Notes: generated by a model not told the origin, from the letters alone. Numbered from the stretch's first letter, positions 8,430 through 18,146 are shown. The stretch is 64,000 nucleotides of DNA from Acidobacteriota bacterium (GCA_963663035.1 OY760074.1:2432001-2496000); one strand, 5' to 3'. Numbers and translations: made by a program.

Positions 8430-9857
8430 CTACTGGAAGGCGACTTTCCGGGTGAGAAGGCGGCCATTTCTGACAAATTGGATGACCGTCACCCCGTCTG
8501 TGACCTGCTCCAGGCTCTCTCGCATATCGAGGTGGGAGGTGACATTTTGGCCATTGACCTGAGTCAGGACATCGCCGGCTTGAAATCCGACCTTGCTGGC
8601 CAGGCTGTCGGGTAATACGGTTCTAATGAGAAGGCCCTGATCCGTGGGACACTTGAAGTATTTCGCCAACTGCGGCGTCAGCGGATCAACCACCAGTCCC
8701 AGATCCAGCTGGGGAGGTAACACTATCCGGTAGATCTTGACTTGTTCTTCTGGTCTCTCATTTTGGTTCCACGAGGAAGGAACCTCCAAACGCCACGAAA
8801 CGACCGGGCCTCTGTCCTGGCGTTCGGTCAACACGGTAGAAATTTCGTGGAGCCGCCCATCGCGAAGAACTGACAAATCCAGGGTATTTCCTGAGCCTTT
8901 CCAGCGAATCGCCTGGGCCAGATCACTCCGACTGAGGACCGGCTGGTCATCGACCCGCACAATCACATCACCACTTTGCAGTCCGGCCTTGTCTGCAGGA
9001 CTTTCAGGGATCACTTTGTCAACACGCAACGCAGAAACATCAGGATCAGGCATGATACCCAACCATCCAGCTCTGATGTTTTTCCTTTCTTCGATAATCC
9101 GCTTGACCGAGGTGCTCAGGACCTGCGACGGCAACACCCTCCAAACCTGGAGCCTCTCGCTGAAAAGATGGGGATGACCCCGCTTCATGATCGCTACCAG
9201 CCGATCCTCTTCGTCCAGTACAAAGCCACCCTCCACGGTGTATGGGGCCGACCTCTGACCAGTAGGCACAATCTGCAGTTCTCGCTCGGGAAGTAATTGA
9301 TGCCCGCTGACCTTGACTACGGTAGGGGAGGTAATCCTCCAGTCTTCCCCATTCAGGGAAACGACTCGGAGTCCAGTCTCCTTGAGAGCCGAACCAAATG
9401 CCAGAGCGTGTCCTTCAAGGGCTGGAGACTGCAGAACCACCACGGCAATCCGCTCGTCTACTCCAATGAGCCGGGCGGAATGTTCCTTCCCATCAAAGGT
9501 TGTTACCGACACACGAGCTCCTGGCACACTCAGCTCCGGCCAGTAACTCCCCACATAGGACATAATGTACCCGCCAGAATCGATGATCACGCCCTGCAGT
9601 TCCGCCATTTCATGAACGTGAACTTGAGGAAGATAGCGGCTTCCATGGACAACTCCGGAAAACTCACGATCCAGATAAACCTTGACCAGTGAGCGTCGAA
9701 GATCCTTTTGCGCTTGAAGAGGGACCAATGAGCAGACCACCAAGAGGGCTACTGAAAAGAAGAACCAGCGAAAAGAATTCAGCGAGAACCTCTTCTTTCC
9801 GGGTGCGAAACACTCTTGCGTCTGCTCAGTAGCTAGCATGTTCCAGGTAAAAATCAT
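8430..9857 (-). CDS. HtrA/DegP-like protein: degenerate trypsin domain plus two PDZ domains
   Basis: N-terminal signal/TM; GVIIDSGGYIMS, ARLIGVD, EGGFVLD align to S1C motifs; PDZ motifs GWLGI..SPADKAGLQSGDVI and LGL..SLASKVGFQAGDVL. Confidence 0.8.
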   Translation of the reverse strand: MIFTWNMLATEQTQECFAPGKKRFSLNSFRWFFFSVALLVVCSLVPLQAQKDLRRSLVKVYLDREFSGVVHGSRYLPQVHVHEMAELQGVIIDSGGYIMSYVGSYWPELSVPGARVSVTTFDGKEHSARLIGVDERIAVVVLQSPALEGHALAFGSALKETGLRVVSLNGEDWRITSPTVVKVSGHQLLPERELQIVPTGQRSAPYTVEGGFVLDEEDRLVAIMKRGHPHLFSERLQVWRVLPSQVLSTSVKRIIEERKNIRAGWLGIMPDPDVSALRVDKVIPESPADKAGLQSGDVIVRVDDQPVLSRSDLAQAIRWKGSGNTLDLSVLRDGRLHEISTVLTERQDRGPVVSWRLEVPSSWNQNERPEEQVKIYRIVLPPQLDLGLVVDPLTPQLAKYFKCPTDQGLLIRTVLPDSLASKVGFQAGDVLTQVNGQNVTSHLDMRESLEQVTDGVTVIQFVRNGRLLTRKVAFQ

Positions 9858-10362
9858 GGTGTAATTGGTTTGTCCTGATCTTGATTCGGGAGGGCAACCG
9901 CAAGATATACTCTGGTTGAGAGGGGCTGCTCAAAATCACCTCCACATAAGGAGAAGGAGCTTCGCCGGGTTCCACCCGTCCCGAAGCATTCACCAGACTC
10001 CCTGACCCGGACTCATCCTCTTGAACGATGGGGCGGGAAGCCAACACCGGCTCGCCTGTCGTCTGAACTACCCTCACCCAGAGGAAGCCCGTCGAGATCA
10101 AAATCAGCAACCCGACAACAAAAACGGGTCTCCAAAAGACTTGCCAACCCGAGGACTCCGCCAACCTCTGATGAACCCGTGAAGAGAAGTCGGAGGGAGC
10201 TTCCACCGTCTCTCCCAGGAAACGACTGATCTCTTCCATTGACAGAAAGTCTCGGTAAAGCTTTTCACACTCACCGCAGCACCGGATGTGGTCTTGCACT
10301 TCGGCCCGTTCGACCGCCCTGATGTCTTCTGCGAGTATCACTTCAACCTGTTTACAGGTCAT
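9826..10362 (-). CDS. Zinc-finger anti-sigma factor, single TM
   Basis: MTC...HIRCCGEC (HxxxCxxC), TM segment VFVVGLLILISTGFLW; ATGA overlap with the sigma gene. Confidence 0.8.
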   Translation of the reverse strand: MTCKQVEVILAEDIRAVERAEVQDHIRCCGECEKLYRDFLSMEEISRFLGETVEAPSDFSSRVHQRLAESSGWQVFWRPVFVVGLLILISTGFLWVRVVQTTGEPVLASRPIVQEDESGSGSLVNASGRVEPGEAPSPYVEVILSSPSQPEYILRLPSRIKIRTNQLHHDFYLEHASY

Positions 10363-10961
10363 AAGACCCCCGCCAGCTTTTCCCTCAGCAACATCTTGGC
10401 TCGGTGAACACGTGACTTCACGGTCCCCAGCGAGATGCTGAGGATCTTGCTGAGCTCTAGATAAGAAAGCTCCTGGACTTCCTTGAGGATAAAGGCGAAC
10501 CGATATTTCTTGGGGAGTGAATCGATGGCTTTCTGCAGTCGCTCCAACTTCTCATCCCGGGCCAGAATTTTCTCCGGTGAACAGCGAAGATCGGGCAAGC
10601 GATGGGTCTCGTCCCCTTCCTGAAACCGCCCGGTGACGTTGTAAAAAAAGAAGCGACCCTTGCGCTCACGTCGTCTGATTTCGTCGATGGCCAGATTGGT
10701 GGCAATCCGGTACAGCCAGGTGGAAAATTGATACTGTCCCTTATAGCGATAGGCATTCCGATAGACCCGGATGAAAGCCTCTTGTGCCAGATCCACTGCC
10801 ATATCGTAGTCGTGAATGAGCCGGCTCAAGTAGTTCACCAATTTATCCTGATAACGGCTGACCAGAACCTCAAAGGCGTATTCGTTGCCTTTCAGGTAAG
10901 CGGAAATAAGCGCCTTATCTGCGCTTCTCGAAATGGGCTCTGAAATAGCTATCTCAGTCAT
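10359..10961 (-). CDS. ECF sigma-70 family sigma factor
   Basis: DLAQEAFIRVY, FSTWLYRIATN, LSYLELSKILSISLGTVKSR. Confidence 0.94.
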   Translation of the reverse strand: MTEIAISEPISRSADKALISAYLKGNEYAFEVLVSRYQDKLVNYLSRLIHDYDMAVDLAQEAFIRVYRNAYRYKGQYQFSTWLYRIATNLAIDEIRRRERKGRFFFYNVTGRFQEGDETHRLPDLRCSPEKILARDEKLERLQKAIDSLPKKYRFAFILKEVQELSYLELSKILSISLGTVKSRVHRAKMLLREKLAGVL

Positions 10962-11001
10962 GCTGTAGTGAAGTCACTTTCCACACATTCTCTCTTGTGT
11001 A

Positions 11002-11026
11002 AACGAAAAATGCGACCTTTTGTTCC
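11002..11026 (-). promoter_or_regulatory. ECF-type promoter (probable autoregulation)
   Basis: GGAAC-N16-CGTT about 40 nt upstream of the sigma start, matching the common ECF -35 AAC / -10 CGT pattern. Confidence 0.6.
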
Positions 11027-11036
11027 GGAAAAGATG

Positions 11037-13646
11037 CTATTTCGCCTCCAACCAGGAGGGTCCTACCGCCAGATCGACCTGCAGTGGCACCCTCAATTCG
11101 GCCGCTCCTTCCATTTTTTCTTTCACCAGCTTCTTCATCTGTTCGACTTCCGAGTCTTCCACTTCGAAAACGAGTTCATCATGGACCTGAGAGATGAGTT
11201 TGCTCTTGAGCTTTTGCCGGGAAAGCTCCCGGTCGAGAGAAACCATAGCTTTTTTAATGAGATCGGCCGCCGTTCCTTGAATGGGAGCATTGACGGCTGT
11301 TCTTTCAGCGAAACTTCTCAGATTCCGGTTTTTGCTGCGAATTTCAGGGATCTGCCGAATTCGTCCAAAAAGCGTCTTCACATATCCTTTCTCGTTCACT
11401 TCTTCCAGGGTACGATCAATCCAGGTTCTCACTCCCTGGTACTTCTTGAAATAACTATCGATAAACTGCTGTGCCTCCTTACGGTCGATTTTCAGGCTTT
11501 GGGCCAGACCAAAGGCACTCAGGCCGTAAATGATCCCGAAGTTGATGACCTTGGCATGGCGGCGAAACTCCTGGGAATTCATCATGGCATTCATCCCGAA
11601 GACTTCCCGAGCAGTTCTCTCATGGATATCTTCTCCTTCTAAAAAAGCCTTCACCAGGACCGGATCCTGTGAAAGATGAGCCATGACTCGAAGCTCTATT
11701 TGAGAATAGTCAGCCGCCAGGATCTGGTATCCGGGCTCTGCAATAAAGGCCAGGCGGATCTTTCTTCCCAGCTGGCTCCTAATGGGAATGTTCTGCAAAT
11801 TCGGATTGCTGGAGGAAAGCCGTCCGGTCGCCGCCACCATCTGATTGTAAGAAGTGTGGATACGTCCCGTGTGAGAACTCACCAACTTTGGCAGTGCATC
11901 CAGGTAGGTATTCTTCAACTTGCTCAGCTCCCGGTAATCAAGAATCAGGCGGGCGATCTCATAGGTTTCAGCCAGCCCCTCCAGAACCTCCACACCTGTG
12001 GCATAGTGGCCCCCCTTGCTCGTCTTCCTGGCCACCGGCAGATGGAGTTTTTCGAACAAAACGGTGGAAAGTTGGCGGGGGGAGTTCAGATTGAACTCCT
12101 CATCAGCGATCTCGTAAATCTCTCGGGTTAATCGACTGATTTCCCCTTCCATCTCCTGGGACATTTGCTCGAGCAAATCACAGTTCACCTTGACCCCGTG
12201 CTCTTCCATGCGAGCGAGCACTGGGACCAGTGGTATCTCGACTTCCTCCAGCAATGGCTCCAGATCTTTTTCCCGAATTAGAGGGCTCAATACATCGTAG
12301 AGTTGAAAAGTGACGTCGGCCTGCTCACACAGCACCTCCACCACTTGCTCAGCGAAGAGCCCCTCGTCATCGCTCTCTGCTTTCTGAAGCTTGTGCTGCA
12401 GATAGTCCAGACCCAACTGAGCCAGGGAAAAATCCTTCTGATTGGGCTTCACAAGATAAGCCATCAACATGGTGTCCTGAGTATTTTCCTTGAGTTTCCA
12501 CCCCTGGCGTTTGGCAAAAAAACAGAGTGGTTTGAGATCGTGGATCACCCACTGTTCGGGCCGCTCAAACAACTGCCTCACCTCATCCGATTCCGCCTTC
12601 CACAACTCCTTCGGGAGATACCAGGCCCGGCCGGCCTCATCCGTCACCGACAGGGCCTGCAGTGCTCCCTCCCGATAGCTACCAGACGGATACAACAAGG
12701 CCAGGGCCGCCCTGCTCCCTGTGATGCGGTCTCCCAAAGCCTTCAGATCCTCCCGAGTCTCGAGTCTCCGGTAGTTCACCGAGGCTGCTTCTTGAGGGGG
12801 AATCAATTCTTCCAGAAGATTTGTGAACTCCAGTTCAACAAACAGATCTCGGGCCGCTTCACGATCGGGTTCCGATACCTTCATCTCGGGCAGACTCAGC
12901 TCCAGTGGCAAGTCCTGATGAATGGTCACAAGTTGGCAGCTGAGCTGAATAAGAGGCTCATTTTGCTGTAAACTCTCACGATAGGACTTGCGTGAAACCT
13001 CGTCACGACGGGCCAGCAGCTGAGTGAGGCTCCCATATTGTTTGATGAGGTCCCGAGCACCCTTTTGACCAATGCCGGGAGCTCCAGGGATATTGTCTGA
13101 AGCGTCTCCAACAAGACTGAGGACATCCACCACCATTTGAGGCGGCACCCCAAATTTCTCCTCGACTCCCTTGGAATCAAGGCGAGTCGAGCTTCGCGTG
13201 TCCAGAACCGCGACGTGATCATTGACCAGTTGAAACATGTCCTTGTCGATGGTCACGATGACCACCTCCAGACCCTCCTTCACTGCTTTGCGAGCCAAGG
13301 TTCCGATCACGTCGTCTGCCTCGTACTGTTCATGGGAACGTACCGGGATACGAAGCACCTCACAGACTCGCAGAATCAAGGGAAGCTGTTTGACCAGATC
13401 TTCAGGCATGGCGGGACGAGTGGCCTTGTATTCCTTGTACTGCAGGTGGCGTACTGTGGGGCCGAATAGATCGATGGCGACCCCCAGATAGTCAGGCTCT
13501 TCCTCTTTGATCAATTTCCGCAGCATGTTGACAAACCCATAGACAGCATTGGTGGGAAGGCCCTCAGCATTGGTGAGGGGGGGGATGGCATGGTAAGCCC
13601 GGTAAATGTGGGACATGCCGTCTACCAGGTAAAGTTTGGCTGCCAC
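11037..13646 (-). CDS. polA: DNA polymerase I
   Basis: 5'-3' exonuclease (LVDG..RAYHA, YEADDVIGT, GDASDNIPG) and polymerase motifs (ADYSQIELR, KVINFGIIYG, QVHDEL). Likely GTG start at 13646. Confidence 0.97.
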   Translation of the reverse strand: MAAKLYLVDGMSHIYRAYHAIPPLTNAEGLPTNAVYGFVNMLRKLIKEEEPDYLGVAIDLFGPTVRHLQYKEYKATRPAMPEDLVKQLPLILRVCEVLRIPVRSHEQYEADDVIGTLARKAVKEGLEVVIVTIDKDMFQLVNDHVAVLDTRSSTRLDSKGVEEKFGVPPQMVVDVLSLVGDASDNIPGAPGIGQKGARDLIKQYGSLTQLLARRDEVSRKSYRESLQQNEPLIQLSCQLVTIHQDLPLELSLPEMKVSEPDREAARDLFVELEFTNLLEELIPPQEAASVNYRRLETREDLKALGDRITGSRAALALLYPSGSYREGALQALSVTDEAGRAWYLPKELWKAESDEVRQLFERPEQWVIHDLKPLCFFAKRQGWKLKENTQDTMLMAYLVKPNQKDFSLAQLGLDYLQHKLQKAESDDEGLFAEQVVEVLCEQADVTFQLYDVLSPLIREKDLEPLLEEVEIPLVPVLARMEEHGVKVNCDLLEQMSQEMEGEISRLTREIYEIADEEFNLNSPRQLSTVLFEKLHLPVARKTSKGGHYATGVEVLEGLAETYEIARLILDYRELSKLKNTYLDALPKLVSSHTGRIHTSYNQMVAATGRLSSSNPNLQNIPIRSQLGRKIRLAFIAEPGYQILAADYSQIELRVMAHLSQDPVLVKAFLEGEDIHERTAREVFGMNAMMNSQEFRRHAKVINFGIIYGLSAFGLAQSLKIDRKEAQQFIDSYFKKYQGVRTWIDRTLEEVNEKGYVKTLFGRIRQIPEIRSKNRNLRSFAERTAVNAPIQGTAADLIKKAMVSLDRELSRQKLKSKLISQVHDELVFEVEDSEVEQMKKLVKEKMEGAAELRVPLQVDLAVGPSWLEAK

Positions 13647-13736
13647 GCGGGGTATGTTAGCACGTTGAATCCGGAGGGGAAGCGCTCCCAATAAACATCA
13701 TTGTATTTATGGAAGTGAGCACTTAGCATTAGCCAA

Positions 13737-14459
13737 GTGTCTTCCCTGGTAAAAATCAATGCCGTCTGGCGTGTCCCCTTGGTTTTGCTGTGGACCGCTG
13801 TAATGGCCACTCTTAGTGTGGCTTTTTCCGTGGTGGATCCGACAGGAGGCCGACAGCACTGGTGTGCCCACACCTGGAGCCGCTTTATCTTCTTCGTGTC
13901 TCGAGTAAAGGTCGAGATTCAGGGTCTGGAAGGGTTGGATCGCCACCGAGGATACGTCTTTGCGGCCAATCACCTGAGCATCTTTGACCACTGGGCTTTC
14001 CTGGCCCATCTACCTTTTCAGTTTGGCTTTGTGGCCAAGGCCTCTTTGTTTCGATTACCCTTCTTAGGCTGGCATCTGCACCGCTCGGGCTATCTTGCCA
14101 TCGGCCGTCACAACCACAGAGAGACCTTGCGGGTGTTTCGCTCCGCTGCAAAGAGGATCCGGACCGGAATGTCCTATGTGATCTATCCGGAAGGGGCGCG
14201 GACGTGGGGTGAGACGGTCGGTCCCTTCAAGCGAGGAAGTCTGCTGTTGGCCCGCTACGCTAAAGCTCCCATCGTTCCAGTGACTTTTATCGGGGCCCAT
14301 CGCCGCCTGCTGCGGGGTTCTGTACTGCTCACTCCGGGGACGATGCAGATGATCATCCATTCTCCTATCGAGTTTGAGGAGTACAAAGACTTTGACTCGA
14401 AAACTCTTGCCAAAACGGTGCGAGAGAGGATTATGGAGAATTACCAACAGGTGACCTGA
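13737..14459 (+). CDS. plsC: 1-acyl-sn-glycerol-3-phosphate acyltransferase
   Basis: NHLSIFD (HxxxxD), YPEGAR, FKRG, PIVPV. Confidence 0.9.
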   Translation: MSSLVKINAVWRVPLVLLWTAVMATLSVAFSVVDPTGGRQHWCAHTWSRFIFFVSRVKVEIQGLEGLDRHRGYVFAANHLSIFDHWAFLAHLPFQFGFVAKASLFRLPFLGWHLHRSGYLAIGRHNHRETLRVFRSAAKRIRTGMSYVIYPEGARTWGETVGPFKRGSLLLARYAKAPIVPVTFIGAHRRLLRGSVLLTPGTMQMIIHSPIEFEEYKDFDSKTLAKTVRERIMENYQQVT

Positions 14460-15656
14460 ATGGGCCAGGAAAAGGAACTGATCGACAAGATTCAACAGGT
14501 ACTCAGGGAGTTCGACATTCCTGCCTGGCTCTTTTACGGCTTTCGGGATCTTGATCCGATTGCCACCCGTATTCTCCAGTTCGGGCCTCATCAGCTGGCA
14601 ACTCGGCGCTGGTTTTATCTCATTCCCGCAGAAAGTGAACCGAAGAGACTGGTCCACCGACTCGAATCTTCCCATTTGGATCACCTGCCTGGCAGTAAGG
14701 AAGTCTATTTGAAATGGGAGCAACTACAAGAGCAGGTCAGGGCACTCTTAGAGGGCGTTTCGACGGTGGCCATGCAATTCTCAGAGAACAATGCCATACC
14801 TCATGTCTCGAGGGTGGATGCTGGAACAGTCGACCTGGTCCGCTCCTGCGGCCCAAGGGTCGTTTCCTCAGGAGATCTGATCCAGCGTTTTGAGGCCGTC
14901 TGGAGCCCCAGACAGGTCCAGCAACACCGTGCCACAGCTCTTGCCCTGACTGCCACTGTCAAGGCCGCTTTTGAGCAGGCTGCCGCTGAAATCTCTTCTC
15001 AGGGTGAGAGCAACGAGCTGAGCATCCAGCGCTTCATTTTGGATCGCTTTGAGCGGGATGGGTTGCTCACTGACCACTCTCCCATTGTGGCAGTGAATGA
15101 AAACAGCGCCAACCCACACTATCAGCCCAGCGCAGCAGAATACTCCACAATTCACAGAGATGATTTCCTGCTGATTGACTTATGGGCCAAGTCCAAAGAG
15201 GAAGACAGCGTGTATGCCGATATTACCTGGACAGCCTTTATGGGTGAGCGGATACCCGACAAGATCAACAAAATTTTCCAGGTCGTTCGCCAGGCTCGTG
15301 ACCGGGGAGTGGACTTCTTGCGCGCCGGGTTTGAGGAAAGGAACCCTCCCCGGGGTTGGGAGGTGGACGACGTCGTTCGCGAGAGCATCCGGAAGGCTGG
15401 CTACGAAAAATTCTTTGTCCATCGGACCGGTCACAATCTGGGCCAAGAGATACACGGCAATGGGGTCAACTTTGACAACCTCGAGACGCATGACACACGA
15501 CAAGTCATCCCCGGTATCGGATGTACCATCGAGCCTGGGATCTATCTGGAAGGAGAATTCGGCGTCCGCAGTGAGATCAACGTGTTCTTCACCCAGGCAG
15601 GACCAGAAGTAACGACACCGCCTCAGGAAGAAATCTGGAGAACCACTGACAACTGA
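14460..15656 (+). CDS. M24 family (Xaa-Pro) aminopeptidase
   Basis: ANPHY, LIDLWAK..ADIT, HRTGH, TIEPGIY..GVRSE. Confidence 0.9.
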   Translation: MGQEKELIDKIQQVLREFDIPAWLFYGFRDLDPIATRILQFGPHQLATRRWFYLIPAESEPKRLVHRLESSHLDHLPGSKEVYLKWEQLQEQVRALLEGVSTVAMQFSENNAIPHVSRVDAGTVDLVRSCGPRVVSSGDLIQRFEAVWSPRQVQQHRATALALTATVKAAFEQAAAEISSQGESNELSIQRFILDRFERDGLLTDHSPIVAVNENSANPHYQPSAAEYSTIHRDDFLLIDLWAKSKEEDSVYADITWTAFMGERIPDKINKIFQVVRQARDRGVDFLRAGFEERNPPRGWEVDDVVRESIRKAGYEKFFVHRTGHNLGQEIHGNGVNFDNLETHDTRQVIPGIGCTIEPGIYLEGEFGVRSEINVFFTQAGPEVTTPPQEEIWRTTDN

Positions 15657-15704
15657 CACCTGACAACTGACAGGTGAAACGCTGACCGCTGACCGCTGAC
15701 CGCT
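15643..15704. repeat. 7-bp tandem repeat array 3
   Basis: (CTGACAN)x4-GTGAAAC-(GCTGACC)x3; overlaps the M24 stop codon. Confidence 0.88.
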
Positions 15705-15716
15705 TCAACAGGAGAT

Positions 15717-15757
15717 TTGCACCGAGATGGGAGAATGTGTATAATTTTGTCATACAC
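15717..15757 (+). promoter_or_regulatory. sigma70 promoter with overlapping palindromic operator of the TA module
   Basis: TTGCAC-N17-TATAAT with extended -10 TG; inverted repeat GTGTAT..ATACAC (15737-15757) covers the -10. Confidence 0.7.
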
Positions 15758-15772
15758 TAGGGAGCCCCTATT

Positions 15773-16018
15773 ATGAGCCCAAAACGTAAACTGCTTACCG
15801 TTTCTCTTCCCCCCGATATGGCCAGGAAGTTCGACAAGCTGGCTCGGGGCGAGGGCAAAAACAAAAGTCAGCTCTTCAGGGAGATGTTCCACACCTATGA
15901 ACGACAGCGCCTCGAACGTGAATTCAACGACCTCCAGCGTTATGGTGCCAGCGAGGCCCGAAAAATGGGTGTCTTGACTGAAGCCGATGTGGAAGCATTA
16001 GTATTTCAGGACCGCTGA
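15773..16018 (+). CDS. Ribbon-helix-helix (CopG-like) antitoxin
   Basis: LTVSLPPDM..FDKLARGEGKNKSQLFRE RHH pattern; directly upstream of a PIN gene. Confidence 0.85.
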   Translation: MSPKRKLLTVSLPPDMARKFDKLARGEGKNKSQLFREMFHTYERQRLEREFNDLQRYGASEARKMGVLTEADVEALVFQDR

Positions 16019-16021
16019 CGG

Positions 16022-16420
16022 GTGCAGGTTGTTTTCGATACGAACATTTTTATCTCTGCGTTCGTCATTCCAGGCGGTAATGCGGATAAGGCATATCTTG
16101 AGGCCATCCGGGGAACCTTTGAGCTTCTTACCTCTGTAGCCATTCTGACTGAAACTGCGAACACACTTCGCACCAAGTTTGCGTGGTCAGACTACAAGAT
16201 CCAACAACTCCTCCGCGCCATCAGTGGAACCGCCACAGTCGTCAAGACCCAGCCTCACATTCACGTCCTCAAAGATGAGCCGGACAATCGAATCCTGGAA
16301 TGTGCACTCCTTGCCGAAGCTGACCTGATCGTGACGGGAGATAAACATCTGCTTTCTTTGCGACAGTACCGGGATATGTCGATCATCACACTCGCTGATT
16401 TTATGGAACTCATTCAGTAA
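16022..16420 (+). CDS. PIN-domain toxin
   Basis: VVFDTNIFISA, ILTE, DEPDNRILECA, IVTGDKHLL acidic catalytic pattern. Confidence 0.92.
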   Translation: MQVVFDTNIFISAFVIPGGNADKAYLEAIRGTFELLTSVAILTETANTLRTKFAWSDYKIQQLLRAISGTATVVKTQPHIHVLKDEPDNRILECALLAEADLIVTGDKHLLSLRQYRDMSIITLADFMELIQ

Positions 16421-16450
16421 CCACAGATCACAGCTGGCAGCCCGGCAACG

Positions 16451-16491
16451 GTTGTCAGTTGTCAGGTGTCAGCGTTTCAGGGTTTCAGTGG
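16451..16491. repeat. 7-bp tandem repeat array 4 (inverted relative to array 3)
   Basis: TGTCAGTTGTCAGGTGTCAG (16453-16472) is the exact reverse complement of 15653-15672 and of 4406-4425. Confidence 0.88.
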
Positions 16492-17721
16492 TTAGTCGTT
16501 CAAAACTACGGTTTCTGAAGGAGACACCATTCGGTAGCGAACTCCCCGCCACTCGATTGTGCGACTCAACAGGGAACGGATGAATCCCAACAGGGAAAGG
16601 AGAGAGGCCAGGGGTCCCCAGAAAGTATAAGCCCAGCGATACTTCCGCAGAACCGAAGCGTGCTCAGGAAACAACAGGGAGACAGCCCGTACTCGAAGCC
16701 AACCCTTTACGCAACCGAGGGAGTAGACTGAAGCAAGCAGCACTGCAAGTGGGAAAAGAAGACGACTGGAGGCAAGATTGGTGTTCCAGAGCGCGGCCGA
16801 CAGGAATGCCATTCCTCCCCAAAGAGTGATGCTGTTGAGGGCCTGCGAAGCAAAAGCCATCTTCCACAAGTTGGGATGGTAAACGCGAGTAATGGAAAGT
16901 TGTCGGCCGCTCCACTCCAGTAACTCTTCGAAGCTGCAGTCCTCATGGGAAAAACTCAGGCAGCGGGGTTGGAAGGAAATGGTTCGCGAATGATCATGCA
17001 TGGCCCGGCTGATAGCGTAGTCGTCACTCAAGGCATTCCTCCAGTAGTCGATGACTCGGCAATCCTGAAACACTTGACGACGCACGGCCATGGCTCCCCC
17101 CCAAGCAAAGGCGCTGTCTCCTTCTTTCAAGAGCGATGCCGTCCCGGCATTCCAAACTGAGCGCAAAGCAGAAGCAAAGTTCCCTCGCTGGGGGAGATAC
17201 CAACGAAATCCCGTACTCACACCCACCTGTGGATCTTTGAGTGGGCCGATCAGATAACGCAGCCAGTGACTGGCCGGTCGAATATCGGAGTCTCCAAGCG
17301 CCAACACCTGGTCTTTGTCGCGAAGCTGACCAAGGGCATGCAGCAGGTTATGCACTTTCTGTCCGCGCTGCTCGGTCTTGCCCGCAAAGAGAATTTCAGA
17401 ACTCACCCCGGGATATCGCTCTTTCACCTTCTCCAGAATGGGCACACAGGGATCCGCGGAGTCCCCGGTCACCAGCAGAATCTGCAAGTCAGGGTAGTCC
17501 AACTCGAAGTAGGCCTCAAGATTCTGTTCAAGTCCAGCGTCGACCCCTTTGCAGGGAAGAATCAGAGAGGCCGCTGGAGCAAACTCATGGGGTGGCTTAC
17601 CGCGAAACTTTTGAAACAGCCGAAGATAGTCGACTCCTGCCTTGAGAGAATAGAGGGCCTCCAGAAGAGAGAGGATTGCGAAAGCGACGAGAACGGCAGG
17701 AATAAGGGTCAAGACTGACAT
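16492..17721 (-). CDS. GT21/GT2-like membrane glycosyltransferase (ceramide glucosyltransferase/HpnI-like)
   Basis: ILPCKGVD, QKVHNL, DSD, WGGAMA, SDDY, W..RQ, IEWRG. Start ATG 17721. Confidence 0.85.
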   Translation of the reverse strand: MSVLTLIPAVLVAFAILSLLEALYSLKAGVDYLRLFQKFRGKPPHEFAPAASLILPCKGVDAGLEQNLEAYFELDYPDLQILLVTGDSADPCVPILEKVKERYPGVSSEILFAGKTEQRGQKVHNLLHALGQLRDKDQVLALGDSDIRPASHWLRYLIGPLKDPQVGVSTGFRWYLPQRGNFASALRSVWNAGTASLLKEGDSAFAWGGAMAVRRQVFQDCRVIDYWRNALSDDYAISRAMHDHSRTISFQPRCLSFSHEDCSFEELLEWSGRQLSITRVYHPNLWKMAFASQALNSITLWGGMAFLSAALWNTNLASSRLLFPLAVLLASVYSLGCVKGWLRVRAVSLLFPEHASVLRKYRWAYTFWGPLASLLSLLGFIRSLLSRTIEWRGVRYRMVSPSETVVLND

Positions 17722-18137
17722 TGGCGACTGGCCCCGGCCATTGCCAGCAACCGGTTCCACTGAGCCGGAGTCACCGGCATGACTGAGAGGCGGGGAATCC
17801 TCACCAATGGAAAATCGGAAAATTCCGAATCCGCCTTGACGTCAGCCAGGGAAACGATTCGAGGGAGTGTTTCTTTGGCCTTCACGTCCACTACCACGAG
17901 TTTTGCATCATTCTTTCCGGGATCGGGATAAGGATCGGAAATGACTTCAGCGATTCCCACCAAGGCTCGCTCCTTCCCGGTATGGTAGATGAACGCCAGA
18001 TCGCCTCTTTTTATATTGCGTAGGTGTTTCAGGGCCAGATTATTGGAGACCCCATCCCAGATGGTTCGCACGTCTCTTTCCAGATCAGTATTGGAGTAGT
18101 CGGAAGGCTCTGTTTTGAGTAACCAGTATTGCGGCAT
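17709..18137 (-). CDS. EVE domain protein
   Basis: YWLLKTEP, WDGVSN..A, GDLAFIYHT, RLSVMPV signature. Confidence 0.93.
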   Translation of the reverse strand: MPQYWLLKTEPSDYSNTDLERDVRTIWDGVSNNLALKHLRNIKRGDLAFIYHTGKERALVGIAEVISDPYPDPGKNDAKLVVVDVKAKETLPRIVSLADVKADSEFSDFPLVRIPRLSVMPVTPAQWNRLLAMAGASRQCQS

Positions 18138-18146
18138 ACCAAAGCT

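Noticed and set aside
12300-12780. Missing 3'-5' exonuclease acidic motifs in PolA
   Set aside because: Proofreading-deficient Pol I is common in bacteria; not novel.
10968-12971. Long antisense ORFs opposite polA (similar ones opposite uvrA, asnB and others)
   Set aside because: Typical shadow ORFs of GC-rich coding strands, with no motifs or RBS.
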